Positions 33,807 to 44,149 of a stretch of 64,000 nt of DNA are shown here, piece by piece (the stretch's first letter is position 1; each line of letters opens with the position of its first letter). Source of the DNA: a virus (lineage: Duplodnaviria > Caudoviricetes); the IMG/VR virus record IMGVR_UViG_3300025018_000091; one strand, 5' to 3'. Below the pieces are notes generated by a model. The model ran no database searches. It saw only the letters and a program-made list of their open reading frames with translations, and was not told where the DNA came from. A program made the position numbers and the translations under genes.

Positions 33807-34228
33807 TATTTTTCCTCTTCAAGATCTAAATTTTTAAGCTCTATTGTATCGCGACTTCTCATAAAAATATCATCTATAATACCACGACCATCTACCTCAC
33901 ATAACCCTCTAATTGCTCTTTCACTAATGAAGATTTGTTTTCCAGGCTTATACGATATATTTTTCATTTCTTTGGATTGCAACATTTTTCTATCGATATA
34001 AGAACCTTCCATTATTAAACATTCTCTATATGAGCCTATAACTTTTCCAGAAAATACTGCTGGATATGTTGTTGAAATTTGATCAACACTTAATTCTTCA
34101 TATGCATCACCAAGATACACTTCTATAAATTTACCTTTAAATAATTTACATAAGAATTCAGCGACAGTAGCATCTCTATCTACATTTAATTCATCAACTA
34201 AATTTGTTAATTCTTCTCGCGGTATCAT
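33806..34228 (-). CDS. Hypothetical protein (tandem paralog B)
   Basis: Paralog of 33399..33806; stop and start codons overlap. Confidence 0.7.
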   Translation of the reverse strand: MIPREELTNLVDELNVDRDATVAEFLCKLFKGKFIEVYLGDAYEELSVDQISTTYPAVFSGKVIGSYRECLIMEGSYIDRKMLQSKEMKNISYKPGKQIFISERAIRGLCEVDGRGIIDDIFMRSRDTIELKNLDLEEEK

Positions 34229-34240
34229 CGATAATCCTTA

Positions 34241-35425
34241 TCAGGCAAACTTAAGAAGAAATTTCCTATAGTTTATTAAAACTGCAGAACTGGTTATTAC
34301 TGAATAAGATGACTCTTTATTAATAACTACATTGGCATTGATATTAATACCTCCAACTTTTGATGTGGCTATTTTAAATACATCTGCTAAAGAAGAGGCT
34401 AATTGTTGAATAGTATTAGCGCACAAATCTTTTGGTCCCTGAATATCACATTGTACTTCTACATTTTTGTCATCAGTATGAATATGTGCATTAGCTATTA
34501 ATTCTTCTTCTAATGCCGAACACAAAATGCGCCCAAACTCTATTGCATGATTAGTTTCTTTTGCTGATATTGGAATAACAAAATGATACGTAGGTAATAA
34601 AGCCTTGTATAATTGTTTGTGATGTTTCTCTGAAACACGAACTTGTTGTAATAACTGGTCTACTAATGACGTAACATTATCGGGAGTAGTGTTTGTATTT
34701 TGAGGATTTATATATGTACCCATTAATTGCTCCCATCTATCATCATCTGTTGTACTTGCCGGTTCTTGTACCGCCAGAGTTTGCACTGGTGTTTCTTCTG
34801 TAGATGGTGCTTTTTTAGATTTTTTTGACCACACTTTTACACCGGCTAAATAAGATTCTACTGGCGCAGTAAAATAACGATTGTTTTTTAATTCAGTAAC
34901 AAATCCAGTAATGTCACCTTCTTTAGCCTTTTCAACAGCAGAAGGAAATTTTTCTTTTAATAAACGAGCCCAATCAGAAACCCCCTCTTCCAATGTATCA
35001 TAAGCTCGAAATAAACTATTAAGATAATATTTTTGCTTTTGCTTGTCATATTCATGAGCCAATAATATAATAACATCACCTTTCCAATATTGATTTGGAG
35101 AACCAGCTGCCATTAAATTTCCAACATTATTATTATGTAATGCTCTAAATCCTGTTTCCATTCCAAGTTGACCCATTAAAATATCAACAGTAGCATCAAC
35201 ATTATCTTTAACACCTAACATTTGCATAGCCGCATTTTTTACAGCAGATCGTATAGTAGAAACATTTGGAGGATTAGTTTCTTTTTTTACAACTCTCCAT
35301 CCATTTTTATTAGCACGATTTATTGCATCTTGACTGGTATTTCTAATATCTTTGTCAACAAACCCAATACTTAACAAATTGAATTCATCTAATTTTTTAT
35401 AGAACATAGAGTCTAATTTAGTCAT
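34241..35425 (-). CDS. Glucosaminidase (GH73/FlgJ-like) peptidoglycan hydrolase fusion
   Basis: ILMGQLGMETG (catalytic Glu)...NNVGNL...FRAYDTLEEGVSDWARLL...YFTAP..Y, plus an extra C-terminal domain. Confidence 0.75.
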   Translation of the reverse strand: MTKLDSMFYKKLDEFNLLSIGFVDKDIRNTSQDAINRANKNGWRVVKKETNPPNVSTIRSAVKNAAMQMLGVKDNVDATVDILMGQLGMETGFRALHNNNVGNLMAAGSPNQYWKGDVIILLAHEYDKQKQKYYLNSLFRAYDTLEEGVSDWARLLKEKFPSAVEKAKEGDITGFVTELKNNRYFTAPVESYLAGVKVWSKKSKKAPSTEETPVQTLAVQEPASTTDDDRWEQLMGTYINPQNTNTTPDNVTSLVDQLLQQVRVSEKHHKQLYKALLPTYHFVIPISAKETNHAIEFGRILCSALEEELIANAHIHTDDKNVEVQCDIQGPKDLCANTIQQLASSLADVFKIATSKVGGININANVVINKESSYSVITSSAVLINYRKFLLKFA

Positions 35426-35426
35426 T

Positions 35427-36920
35427 TTATACCTTAATAGAGTTAACTACATTAATTAGATGTTCATAAAATAATGGGTCTGAATCTTCAATAGAATTAG
35501 CATACTTCATAATAATTTTTGATAAAATTATTGGATGTTCTCCAGACATAGATTCTAAAGATTCAACAAATTTACTGTGTGCTCTCGGTGGTTTCAATGG
35601 TTTATTTTGTAGAATTACATCCAACGGATGTAATTTTGATTCTATTTCTGATTTTTTTTCCGGTGATAATGCTGGATTAAAAACAGTATTTGCTGGAGCT
35701 GTTGGTGGTTGTACTGGTGCTGCCGGTGCTGGTGCTGCTGGTGCTGCTGGTGCTGCTGGTGGAGCTTTAGGAGAATCAGGTCTAACTAATCCTCTTGGCG
35801 CACCGACAAATCCTGATGGAAAAGATGGATTTTGAAATAGAGACATTTCACTACTTCCATCAGATGGCACCACTACACTAGGAGTTCTACTTAATTCTGA
35901 TGATGTCGGTATTACATCCACTGTTGATGATGTATAAGCAGGTTCTCCTGGCTTATCTGATTTCTCTATTTCACCAATCTCTTCTCTAATTTTTGTTTTA
36001 GACTCATCTCTTTCTTTTGAAAGCTCTTTTTTATTTTTCTCTTCAGGTATAATCTTCTCAATAAAATCTTGAGCTTCCATTAACGTCTTTAAATGATCAT
36101 TATAAAACTTTTTGAAAGTATCATCATAAATTTTAAAGTTACTAACTATCTTATTAGCATCTCTTACATAATCATCTACCTGTCTATTTGCTCTGGCTTT
36201 TCCCATAGTTTTTAGCAAATTTATAGTAGTATTTAATAATTTATCTGATTGATCTAGTAATCTAATTAAATCTTTTTTTAGTCCTTTAGTTCTGCCAGGA
36301 TATCTCATTTCCCATGCTAATAATGCTCTACCTCTAGAACTTCCTATATTTCTAAAGAAATCAAGAACACCACCAACAATACCTGCTTCTTTAATTAAAG
36401 AAGACCGAAATGATGCTTCTTTTTTATCTCCAAATCTTTCTTTTATATCTTGAAGATATTTAGCATATTCTCTATTGTATCCAGGTCTACTTGGATCTAC
36501 TTCATCAAATAAAAATCTGCGATGCACTTTATCAACATTATGATCAAATTCTTTTATTAAATTAGTAACATAAACAAACTTCTTATGAAATCTACCAATA
36601 TCCCCTACAGCGAGCATATACTCTCTTTTAGATATTTTATCCCTGGCTTCTTTAATTAAATCTTTACAGCTAACACCATCTCCACCTATTGGATATTTTC
36701 CAATTTCTTTTCCAGATATAATAGATCTTATTGGATCATCTGTTTTATCTCTAAGATTATCCATAATCTCTTTAAATTCTGGATCAAACCAATGCTCCGG
36801 TGAAAGTAAATTACCAGTAGTTTTTTCACGAGCAATGTCTCTCCATCGCATTTTTTGTGCAGTTTTTTGCATAGGGATACCTTTATTCATGTCAATCGTA
36901 AATAATACAAGATTATACAT
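35427..36920 (-). CDS. Hypothetical head-associated protein with a Pro/Ala-rich tail
   Basis: Directly downstream of the portal gene; MQKTA, LIKEA (x2) and IMKYA sites. Confidence 0.55.
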   Translation of the reverse strand: MYNLVLFTIDMNKGIPMQKTAQKMRWRDIAREKTTGNLLSPEHWFDPEFKEIMDNLRDKTDDPIRSIISGKEIGKYPIGGDGVSCKDLIKEARDKISKREYMLAVGDIGRFHKKFVYVTNLIKEFDHNVDKVHRRFLFDEVDPSRPGYNREYAKYLQDIKERFGDKKEASFRSSLIKEAGIVGGVLDFFRNIGSSRGRALLAWEMRYPGRTKGLKKDLIRLLDQSDKLLNTTINLLKTMGKARANRQVDDYVRDANKIVSNFKIYDDTFKKFYNDHLKTLMEAQDFIEKIIPEEKNKKELSKERDESKTKIREEIGEIEKSDKPGEPAYTSSTVDVIPTSSELSRTPSVVVPSDGSSEMSLFQNPSFPSGFVGAPRGLVRPDSPKAPPAAPAAPAAPAPAAPVQPPTAPANTVFNPALSPEKKSEIESKLHPLDVILQNKPLKPPRAHSKFVESLESMSGEHPIILSKIIMKYANSIEDSDPLFYEHLINVVNSIKV

Positions 36921-36955
36921 AAATGATTCTTTAGTAGATTAAATTATGACCAGAA

Positions 36956-38899
36956 TTATGCTGGAGGAGGTGGTGCTCCCCCGCCTTCTGGAGGAGGTGG
37001 TGCTCCCCCACCTTCTGTAGGAGGTGGTGCTCCTCCTGCGCCCCCTCCACCCATAGGTGGTGGGGGAGGTGGTAATCCTCCCATATCTAATCCTGGTAAT
37101 CCTCCACCCATACCGCCTGGCGCTCCCCCTAGAGGCATTTCACCTGGCAATGGGGCTTCTCCTGGTTGACCTTGACCTGGCTGTACTTCTGGCTCTGGAA
37201 TTTCATCTTCTTCATCTAATGCTCTCAAAGAATTCAAAGACATAGTTGTTAAAGATATTTTTTCTTTTTCATTAATTGCATTTTGAATAGCTTCTGTACG
37301 CATCTTTCTAACTTCATCTTCATATTCAAGACCCATAGAACGATATAGTGTATGTAATGAAGCTCTTTTTTGAGTTCCTTCACCTTGAGTTAAGGTAACA
37401 AGATTGTTAATATAATCACCAGCATCAAACAATGACATATGGTTCCAATCTATGTCAGGAACTATTAATTGTTTCTCTCCATCAGAATAATCGTAAAAAC
37501 CTTGAATCTTAGAAATTGGTGCAAATATTTTTCTCTTTAACCACATTCCCATCATGTTTCTAAATTGCATATAGCGCTGTCTTAATACATCAAGCGCTAC
37601 ACCACCATTAGCATATGTGGTATCTGCACCACCGTCCATCAAAACTGGTGGAACCTGCAATCCAACATAAATTTCTTTAATTATTTGTGTAATATCACCT
37701 GAAATATCATAAATTCCAGATCCATATCCCACTCTTTCTACAGCAACACCTTCATGAGTAAAAATCTTAAAATCCTTATCATATTGAGCAGATTCAAAAA
37801 CACTTCTCCAAGCTTCAAGATCAGCAAATGTTGGTTTAAAATCAGCAGAACCAATCTTAACTAAAGTCAATGGATTAATCATATTATCTGCTTGTGCGTA
37901 CTTAGATTCACGAAGCTTATCAAACAACATTAGTTGTCTAAAAATACATACAGGAAGACCTGTGCCTCTTATTTCGTAAGGGCTAATTTTTCTAGCTAAA
38001 TGAGAAACATGGAAATTGTCCAAAGGAATATTTTCTCCATGTTTTACAGAATCAATAATGTGTTGGTTTAATTGTTTGCGCTGCTCAATATCAGATGGTT
38101 TATTAGAGAAAATTATCTTTTTAAGATTCTCATCAGGACGCAACATGATTATTGGTTCACTGGCAACAACCGTTCTCTTAACTAACATATAATCTGGATT
38201 TTGGATTAATAACCTGCTCCATTTGCCTTTACTTTCATCAAGCTCAGCATAAACAAACGATTCGCCTAATAACCAATATTCTTGAGCAATCTGAACACAA
38301 ATATTCATTAGATCAATTTCTTCAATCATATCATTAAAGAATTTTTCAATCTCTTTATTTGGACATTTTATATTTAATTTACTAATTGGGTATGTGCTAT
38401 GTAAATTAATAGCATTATGAACAAATGGATTTAAGGCATAAAAACTACGACACCATGCATTAATGGTAGGACGATCACGAGGAAGATTTAAATTACTATT
38501 AAGCCAAAGAGGAGAATATACTTCTGGTGTTTGTTTTACTGAATCACCATTTCCTCCACGATATCCTCCACCACTACCACTGCCGCCACCACTAACAACT
38601 TGCGCCTGTTTAGTTAAGCCAATAGATGATGTTACTGTAGCATTAGATGTAATGCCATCTTCACTAAATGATGGTCCTGTTCCCTCCCTAAATGCACCTT
38701 GTCTTACTTCATCAGTTAATGTATCTCTACGATATTCTGATATACTTTTTGCCATTAAAGCGCTAACTTGTGGAATACCCTGTGACATATGTACACTACT
38801 ACGTGATATATTCGATGGCATTAATCCACTATCAATTTGTGGAACAGCTCCTCTTTTTTCTAAAAACTGTTCAGACCTAGATTTCTTATAATTAGACAT
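36956..38899 (-). CDS. Portal protein
   Basis: Follows the terminase gene. NPFVHNAINLHSTYP...YWLLGESF...LIQNPDY...HLARKISPYEIRGTG...QLMLFDKLRE pattern, with a Gly/Pro-rich C-terminal tail. Confidence 0.8.
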   Translation of the reverse strand: MSNYKKSRSEQFLEKRGAVPQIDSGLMPSNISRSSVHMSQGIPQVSALMAKSISEYRRDTLTDEVRQGAFREGTGPSFSEDGITSNATVTSSIGLTKQAQVVSGGGSGSGGGYRGGNGDSVKQTPEVYSPLWLNSNLNLPRDRPTINAWCRSFYALNPFVHNAINLHSTYPISKLNIKCPNKEIEKFFNDMIEEIDLMNICVQIAQEYWLLGESFVYAELDESKGKWSRLLIQNPDYMLVKRTVVASEPIIMLRPDENLKKIIFSNKPSDIEQRKQLNQHIIDSVKHGENIPLDNFHVSHLARKISPYEIRGTGLPVCIFRQLMLFDKLRESKYAQADNMINPLTLVKIGSADFKPTFADLEAWRSVFESAQYDKDFKIFTHEGVAVERVGYGSGIYDISGDITQIIKEIYVGLQVPPVLMDGGADTTYANGGVALDVLRQRYMQFRNMMGMWLKRKIFAPISKIQGFYDYSDGEKQLIVPDIDWNHMSLFDAGDYINNLVTLTQGEGTQKRASLHTLYRSMGLEYEDEVRKMRTEAIQNAINEKEKISLTTMSLNSLRALDEEDEIPEPEVQPGQGQPGEAPLPGEMPLGGAPGGMGGGLPGLDMGGLPPPPPPMGGGGAGGAPPPTEGGGAPPPPEGGGAPPPPA

Positions 38900-38973
38900 A
38901 AAGCCTCGTTTCCACTATACCCTCTACTATACATAATAAATAATATATCAGTAAGTATATGTGTTTTTACAGC

Positions 38974-40857
38974 TTAAAATCTTCTAGGAACAAAACCGGC
39001 TAATATTAATGGTCTATTTCCATCTACGAAATTCTGTTGTTGAGAGTTAGGATTATTAGTAGTAAATCCCTTTGATACAATAAACTTATAAGCCAAATAT
39101 CCATTCAATAATGCCATAAATCCATCGTTTGGTGTACTACCTTTTACATAATGAATAACAGGGTCAGAACCAGTTTTAGAAATAGAAGGCTTAACTTCCA
39201 TGCTGGCACAATGATCTATTAACCATGCTACTTTTTCATAATCACCAAAAGGAAATCTAATTTCTCCTTTTTTCATTTTCTCATACAATTCACGAATATA
39301 AAAATCTCTTTCAAAATCTATTTCTTTAGGAAATGAATCTTTTCTAAATGTTACATAATTATTTACTTTACCTCTTGCACGAGAAACAATATAGCGATCA
39401 CCATATATAGTATGAAGCGTTTCAGATAAATCTTGAGAAAATCCAATGTCTCCAACCGCTAACTCAATGCTATATTGCCTCATAAGTTGATCAATAATAC
39501 CCTTTTTACTTTCTAAATCATTACGTTTAAATTTTGTTGCGAATTCAATAGAAAGTAATCCTGGTCCTTTGGCAACTAAAACTACTGCGGTACTATATGA
39601 TTGCCCTGCTACTTTAGATTTTTCGGGATTGGCTAATTGCTCAATATCGGCACGTAATCCATAGTCAAGACCTAATACAACGATTTGTTCTTCACCAGGG
39701 GTTATTCTGGGTCTAAATTTTCTTCCAGCATCTCCACAAAGATCAGCTATTTCATCTGGAGTAATTGGGCTCGTATCTCCTTGGAAAAACTCACCTAAAA
39801 CTTCTGTATGAAAGATGCGCTCTGTATTAATTGGATGTTTACCGGGCTTTTCATTTTCTAAGTCTTCTCTAGTAAACATAGGCATATATATTTGATTGAT
39901 ATGAAATCCAATCATTTTACAATCATCATCATTATGATCTCGTAATGCTACCCATTTACCACGTTCAGCCGCTTGTCTTTTATCTTGCTCAAAACCACAA
40001 TGTGGACATTTTACAATGAATCCATGTAACCAAATTTTTTCCCAATCATCTGATCCTGGTGTATATAATGGGAAAAATTCTTTACATTCCTCACAACCAA
40101 GATAATAATATTGCTGTGATGATGACATCCACATTTTATGAAAATCTGAACCCTTTTTACGAGGAGTTCCAAAATATACTTGAACACCTTTAGATGGCTT
40201 ACCATATTTGGCAGTAGTCAAAATCTTAAGAGCATTTCCCATTGCCAATCCAGTTGTTCTCTGACATTCGTCAAAAAAGATAACATCAGCCGTACGTCCC
40301 ATCAATCTATCTGCATCAATACCAGTAGATTCAATCCATATGTGATTTCCACCAACAAACTGTTTAAAATGCAAAGAATCATTAGTAGGACTTGTTGGAT
40401 CTAATAAACCCTGCATATAAGACTTAATTTTACCAGAGTTCTTTTTATCGATCTTTTCTTCATCATTTTCTATTCTTATTGAAGATGCAATCATCTGGTT
40501 TAATTTAGTTTTAGAATATGCTGCGGCAAGCTCTAATAATGGGAAAGCATGAATTACTCTTATCGGTGGTTTGTTTCCAACACCAAATAGTCCTGAACCC
40601 ATGAAATACATTTCGAGAGCGCCTGCCATGGTAGTTCCACCAACCTGACGCCCTTTTACCATAATGACAGGTTTTGAATTTGGCTCTAGTGCTTTTATAC
40701 CGATATACCTATAAATATCTGAAAATGGCTTATATCCATTATTACTTAACTTAAATGGTGCTCCATCTAAAGTTAGATATTTCTCACAGAATGCAACAGG
40801 ATCAAATAAAACTAATTGATCTTTTAGCTTATTAAATAATTCTTTCTGATTTGGCAT
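38974..40857 (-). CDS. terL: Terminase large subunit
   Basis: VIMVKGRQVGGTT (Walker A region), VIFFDECQ (Walker B), GTP coupling motif, CxxC...CxxC, nuclease LGLDYG ... DGFMAL. Confidence 0.88.
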   Translation of the reverse strand: MPNQKELFNKLKDQLVLFDPVAFCEKYLTLDGAPFKLSNNGYKPFSDIYRYIGIKALEPNSKPVIMVKGRQVGGTTMAGALEMYFMGSGLFGVGNKPPIRVIHAFPLLELAAAYSKTKLNQMIASSIRIENDEEKIDKKNSGKIKSYMQGLLDPTSPTNDSLHFKQFVGGNHIWIESTGIDADRLMGRTADVIFFDECQRTTGLAMGNALKILTTAKYGKPSKGVQVYFGTPRKKGSDFHKMWMSSSQQYYYLGCEECKEFFPLYTPGSDDWEKIWLHGFIVKCPHCGFEQDKRQAAERGKWVALRDHNDDDCKMIGFHINQIYMPMFTREDLENEKPGKHPINTERIFHTEVLGEFFQGDTSPITPDEIADLCGDAGRKFRPRITPGEEQIVVLGLDYGLRADIEQLANPEKSKVAGQSYSTAVVLVAKGPGLLSIEFATKFKRNDLESKKGIIDQLMRQYSIELAVGDIGFSQDLSETLHTIYGDRYIVSRARGKVNNYVTFRKDSFPKEIDFERDFYIRELYEKMKKGEIRFPFGDYEKVAWLIDHCASMEVKPSISKTGSDPVIHYVKGSTPNDGFMALLNGYLAYKFIVSKGFTTNNPNSQQQNFVDGNRPLILAGFVPRRF

Positions 40858-40869
40858 ACTTTACTGCTT

Positions 40870-41541
40870 TTAGTAATTTGTGGCTGGTACTAAGCCGCTA
40901 AAAGCATCTGTATTTGCAGGATCAATATCATCATCATTTGCTACATCATTTAAAGAACCTAATTGTGATGAATTATTGGCATCGGTGTTTTCGCTTTTTG
41001 CAGCTAAGTTTTTCTGACTAACGTGTATAATAAGATCGTTAGAGTCCCAGTCTTTTGCATCTGATACATCACCTTCATGTATAGATCTAATTTTATTTAA
41101 AATCGCTGAAATAGATAAGTTACCTCTAGTGCTTTTAATTACATTATCAAGTGTTGTCTCTATTTGAGGACACTTCATAATAACAATAGGTAATTTTTTC
41201 TCCATCTTTACTTTTTTATGTAAAACAGAGTTCTGATCAGAGGCTTGTTTAGTGGTTTGACTGCTATCTTCTACAGAGGTTTTATTGATATTATTTAAAA
41301 ATGCAGATAATCCGCTACGTTCTTTCATATCTTCCACAGCGGCAGCTACAGAAGGATATTTTGATTTGTTATTCATTATAGAACTAATCTGATCAAATAG
41401 AGATCTATCAACAGATTTGGGTTGAACTGCGTCTTTTTCTATTAATTTCTTCTGAAATTGATTAAGCCAATGATCTTCGTCTAATTCACTCTCAGAGTTT
41501 CTAGAAATTACAGCCTGATGTCTATTATATTTGTTTGACAT
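40870..41541 (-). CDS. Hypothetical protein
   Basis: Likely start MSNKYN at 41541, just after the upstream stop. Confidence 0.55.
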   Translation of the reverse strand: MSNKYNRHQAVISRNSESELDEDHWLNQFQKKLIEKDAVQPKSVDRSLFDQISSIMNNKSKYPSVAAAVEDMKERSGLSAFLNNINKTSVEDSSQTTKQASDQNSVLHKKVKMEKKLPIVIMKCPQIETTLDNVIKSTRGNLSISAILNKIRSIHEGDVSDAKDWDSNDLIIHVSQKNLAAKSENTDANNSSQLGSLNDVANDDDIDPANTDAFSGLVPATNY

Positions 41542-41542
41542 A

Positions 41543-42553
41543 TTAACCTTTAAACTGTGCTGCCCAATCAAACTGATTATCTACACTAATATCAAAATCC
41601 TCATCAGGCATATAGCCCCTATCTTGACGCAATGGATATCCCATATCAGCTAATAATTGCATTACTTCAGCCTGTTCACGATCAGTTAGTTTCCATTTTA
41701 TAACCTGTTTTGCATAAATATCTTCAATATCATGTCCTGCAGACACCATACCATTTATACAAATTCTAGCGATTCTAGATGCAAATAATGGCGCCATAAT
41801 ATAAACTCCTTGAACGCCAGTAATTTTTTGAGCTTCTTTAATAAAAGATTCATGTTCTAAACTTGAAGACTTCTTTTTCTTATTTTTCTTTGTCTTCTTT
41901 ATTTTATCAAGTCTTTCATGTAATCGGTCTATACCATCCTCAATTTTAACTCTAACCTCTTCAACTTTATTAGCATCTAATTTTTCTTCAATATCTAATC
42001 TCATTGCTTTTGAAATTTCAGAGTCTAGTTTTTCTAAATAAGAGACGGCGCGCTCTAATCCAGCAGTATCATATCCAGAGTGTTTCGGAACGGTTTCAAA
42101 ACGCTCTTTAATCCAAACAACAAATCCTTCAGGTCCTTTAGATTCCCAATCCCATCTTTCGCTCTTCTTAGATTTCTTAGCGTCATTTTGGTCAAGATCA
42201 GATACTTCTAATGCATCCTCAGCATCTTTTTCATCCACAACTTCAATAACCTCTTCAACAGGATCTGGACTATCTCCTGCTCCAGGTATTTTATCAAGTT
42301 CTATTGTATCAAGATCATTTTTATCAAGTTCAACAACTATTTCTAATGGTTCGTCTGATTGAACCACTTCAATTGGTTCATCTGATTCTTGAACTACAAA
42401 TTCCTCTTCTTCAGATCCTTCAGGTTCTTCAGACTCTTCAGTGAAAAAACCTTCAACTGGATCAGTATTAATATGTAAGTTTGCTTCATCCCTAGAATCT
42501 AAAATATCGTAAGGAGAGCTTGAAAATGATTGTGCCGTTGATTTTAATGACAT
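41543..42553 (-). CDS. Hypothetical protein with an acidic N-terminal half
   Basis: 336 aa; Glu/Asp-rich N-terminus, then FIKEAQK before a conserved-looking C-terminal domain. Confidence 0.55.
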   Translation of the reverse strand: MSLKSTAQSFSSSPYDILDSRDEANLHINTDPVEGFFTEESEEPEGSEEEEFVVQESDEPIEVVQSDEPLEIVVELDKNDLDTIELDKIPGAGDSPDPVEEVIEVVDEKDAEDALEVSDLDQNDAKKSKKSERWDWESKGPEGFVVWIKERFETVPKHSGYDTAGLERAVSYLEKLDSEISKAMRLDIEEKLDANKVEEVRVKIEDGIDRLHERLDKIKKTKKNKKKKSSSLEHESFIKEAQKITGVQGVYIMAPLFASRIARICINGMVSAGHDIEDIYAKQVIKWKLTDREQAEVMQLLADMGYPLRQDRGYMPDEDFDISVDNQFDWAAQFKG

Positions 42554-42616
42554 CGAGTACCTCTAGACCTAACTCTATGATATGTTTATATGCATTTATA
42601 TGCGATATTAGTTATA

Positions 42617-44149
42617 TTAAATCCACATCTTATCGTAAAGAGTATTTCCAGAATCAGTTGTTCCATATTCTGGATCCTCATCATTTGGTGCGTCTAAATC
42701 TTCTTTTGGAGAAATTCCATCTGGTAAACCATATAAATCTGGCTCTCTAGGACTTAAAGTTCCAATTAATTCATCTAATAAAGATTGCAGATCATTAATA
42801 TTATCAATTGCATTATCACCTTCTTCAGAATCATAATCCCTTCCGAAATCTAACTTGTCAGGACTTTTTCCTTCAAAATCTGGCATTGTTAAATATTCGT
42901 CCAGTTGACCACCTATAGGTATGGAGTCTCCATAGGCTCCAGAATCTCCTAAAATGGGTGAGGAATTAATTTGATCATCGATTGGAAAATCAATTGCGGT
43001 CTTCACAAAAGACGATAATAATATCATTCTTCTAGCAATCTTATTACTTTTCTTTTGACCTTTAGTTATACTACCATCATCTTCTATATAGGAATCATCA
43101 GATTTATATTTGTTTTTATTACGCTTTCTTTTTTTCTTTAGAAAATCATCAACACTCTTATACTTTTCCATATTCTGGTAAAAACCAGCCCCTGGTCCAT
43201 GCTTTGCTGGACCATCAACACCTTCGGTCTCATATAAATCATAATTTTTAAAAAGCGGTTCTTTAAAACGAGGTTGTACGACTATAGCCCTTTCAGACTT
43301 ATACTTCTTTTTATTCGGAGTAGGTTCATTTTCTCCACCGCCTCCTTGAAAATATGCTTGTTTTGTATTATTTTTCATGTGTTTAATATAATATGGATAA
43401 AACTGTTTGTATACTGGAATATTATTAGCAATAATGAAAGAAGTTATATTGTTCCATATATTCATCTTAGAAATATAATATTCTGCACGATCTGCATCCC
43501 ATTTAAAAGCATCATTTATCTTATCAGCAAATGAATTATGAGTTGCGATTTTTATGACTTCAGGATGCTTAGAAACATACTCTATTATAGAACTATCAAT
43601 ATCAAAATTAAGCTTGGATGCTAAATATATTGATCTAATCGCTCTATTCTTATTTGAAGTCAACGTAATTTCTGGAGATAAACATGTTTTAATTTTCTTT
43701 TCTTTTATATCTTTGAAACCATGTCCAGTAGGATCTATCACATTTTTTAAATCAAAAGATAGCAATAATGCATTGCATGTAAAATCTCTACTAAATAATT
43801 CTCTTTGCATATTAGTTAGTTTAGCAATGCCCCTATTATGCAATATATTATCAATTCCTGTTACCATAAAATTTGATGAAAAATCTATTTTTAACTTACC
43901 AATAAAAATAGAACTATGTCCATCAGACATGGTTTTTCTTAAAATATTATATTTCTTTTGCAGTTCTGTTGCAAATTCTTGTGATAGGTAATCACAAGTT
44001 TTATCGCCAGTAGTAATATCAATATCTGAGATTTTATCTAATCTATTAAGATACTTGTCTCTAGGTACACCCCCACATATTGTAGGGGCAGATACATCAA
44101 TTTCATTAGCAACAGACATCATTTGATTTAATAAATCACGTAATTTCAT
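42617..44149 (-). CDS. Divergent class II (CCA/poly(A) polymerase family) nucleotidyltransferase with an acidic C-terminal extension
   Basis: CGGVPRD...SDIDITT (catalytic DxD intact), FSRDFTCNAL, DPTGHGFKDIK; motif D altered to TSNKNRAIR. Start probably at the ATGA overlap (44149). Confidence 0.8.
   Translation of the reverse strand: MKLRDLLNQMMSVANEIDVSAPTICGGVPRDKYLNRLDKISDIDITTGDKTCDYLSQEFATELQKKYNILRKTMSDGHSSIFIGKLKIDFSSNFMVTGIDNILHNRGIAKLTNMQRELFSRDFTCNALLLSFDLKNVIDPTGHGFKDIKEKKIKTCLSPEITLTSNKNRAIRSIYLASKLNFDIDSSIIEYVSKHPEVIKIATHNSFADKINDAFKWDADRAEYYISKMNIWNNITSFIIANNIPVYKQFYPYYIKHMKNNTKQAYFQGGGGENEPTPNKKKYKSERAIVVQPRFKEPLFKNYDLYETEGVDGPAKHGPGAGFYQNMEKYKSVDDFLKKKRKRNKNKYKSDDSYIEDDGSITKGQKKSNKIARRMILLSSFVKTAIDFPIDDQINSSPILGDSGAYGDSIPIGGQLDEYLTMPDFEGKSPDKLDFGRDYDSEEGDNAIDNINDLQSLLDELIGTLSPREPDLYGLPDGISPKEDLDAPNDEDPEYGTTDSGNTLYDKMWI

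Noticed and set aside
29430-43365. YFQG resembles the TEV protease site ENLYFQ/G
   Set aside because: The P6 Glu and P4 Leu are absent, one copy is YFQQ, and the phage protease is not a potyviral Cys protease. Treated as coincidence.
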